A stretch of DNA of 64,000 bases, taken from NCBI RefSeq assembly GCF_964194155.1, contig NC_135895.1:67394001-67458000 (forward strand), in the 5' to 3' direction. Origin of the DNA: Cetorhinus maximus. Taxonomy: Eukaryota. Both the position numbers and the translations under genes were made by a program. This document shows positions 63,873-64,000 of this stretch, one piece after another. The notes under the pieces were generated by a model. The model was given only the letters and a program-made list of their open reading frames with translations, had not been told where the DNA came from and searched no databases. Position 1 is the first letter of the stretch, and each line of letters begins with the position of its first letter.

Positions 63873-64000
63873 TAAAAAAGAATTAAAGTATCAGTCTTTC
63901 TATTTTCATTCCCACCATGCGACCTGTCACAATGCAATTGTGTGAGCATCCTCTATTCCGTGTTATTCTTCATTTCTCCATGGTGTCATGTTATTCTCTC

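Overview
Eukaryotic, repeat-dominated genomic DNA with no intact cellular gene that I can identify. The repeat set points to a cartilaginous fish, probably a shark (inference). It includes HER1-type CR1 LINEs, a second CR1/L2-group LINE with a partner SINE, Deu-type SINEs, Tx1, L2, Penelope-like elements, Ty3/Gypsy LTR pieces and a large PIF/Harbinger family. Most of the window is nested transposon debris. Most notable: (1) a Gypsy element (1-2042) whose gag-protease is followed not by RT but by an open coiled-coil frame resembling host UACA/RAI14/ANKRD24; (2) a TSD-bounded 2.8-kb Harbinger (28010-30831) with a transposase frame broken by one stop codon and about 750 bp of non-TE, exon-like cargo in place of the Myb gene; (3) short Penelope-derived inserts with minimal hammerhead-ribozyme motifs and clear TSDs; (4) a Harbinger series of two-gene, transposase-only, Myb-only and MITE forms with variable 3-bp TSDs; (5) two locally templated duplications. 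Family names come from recalled motifs, not database searches. Coordinates were read by hand and are approximate for old elements.
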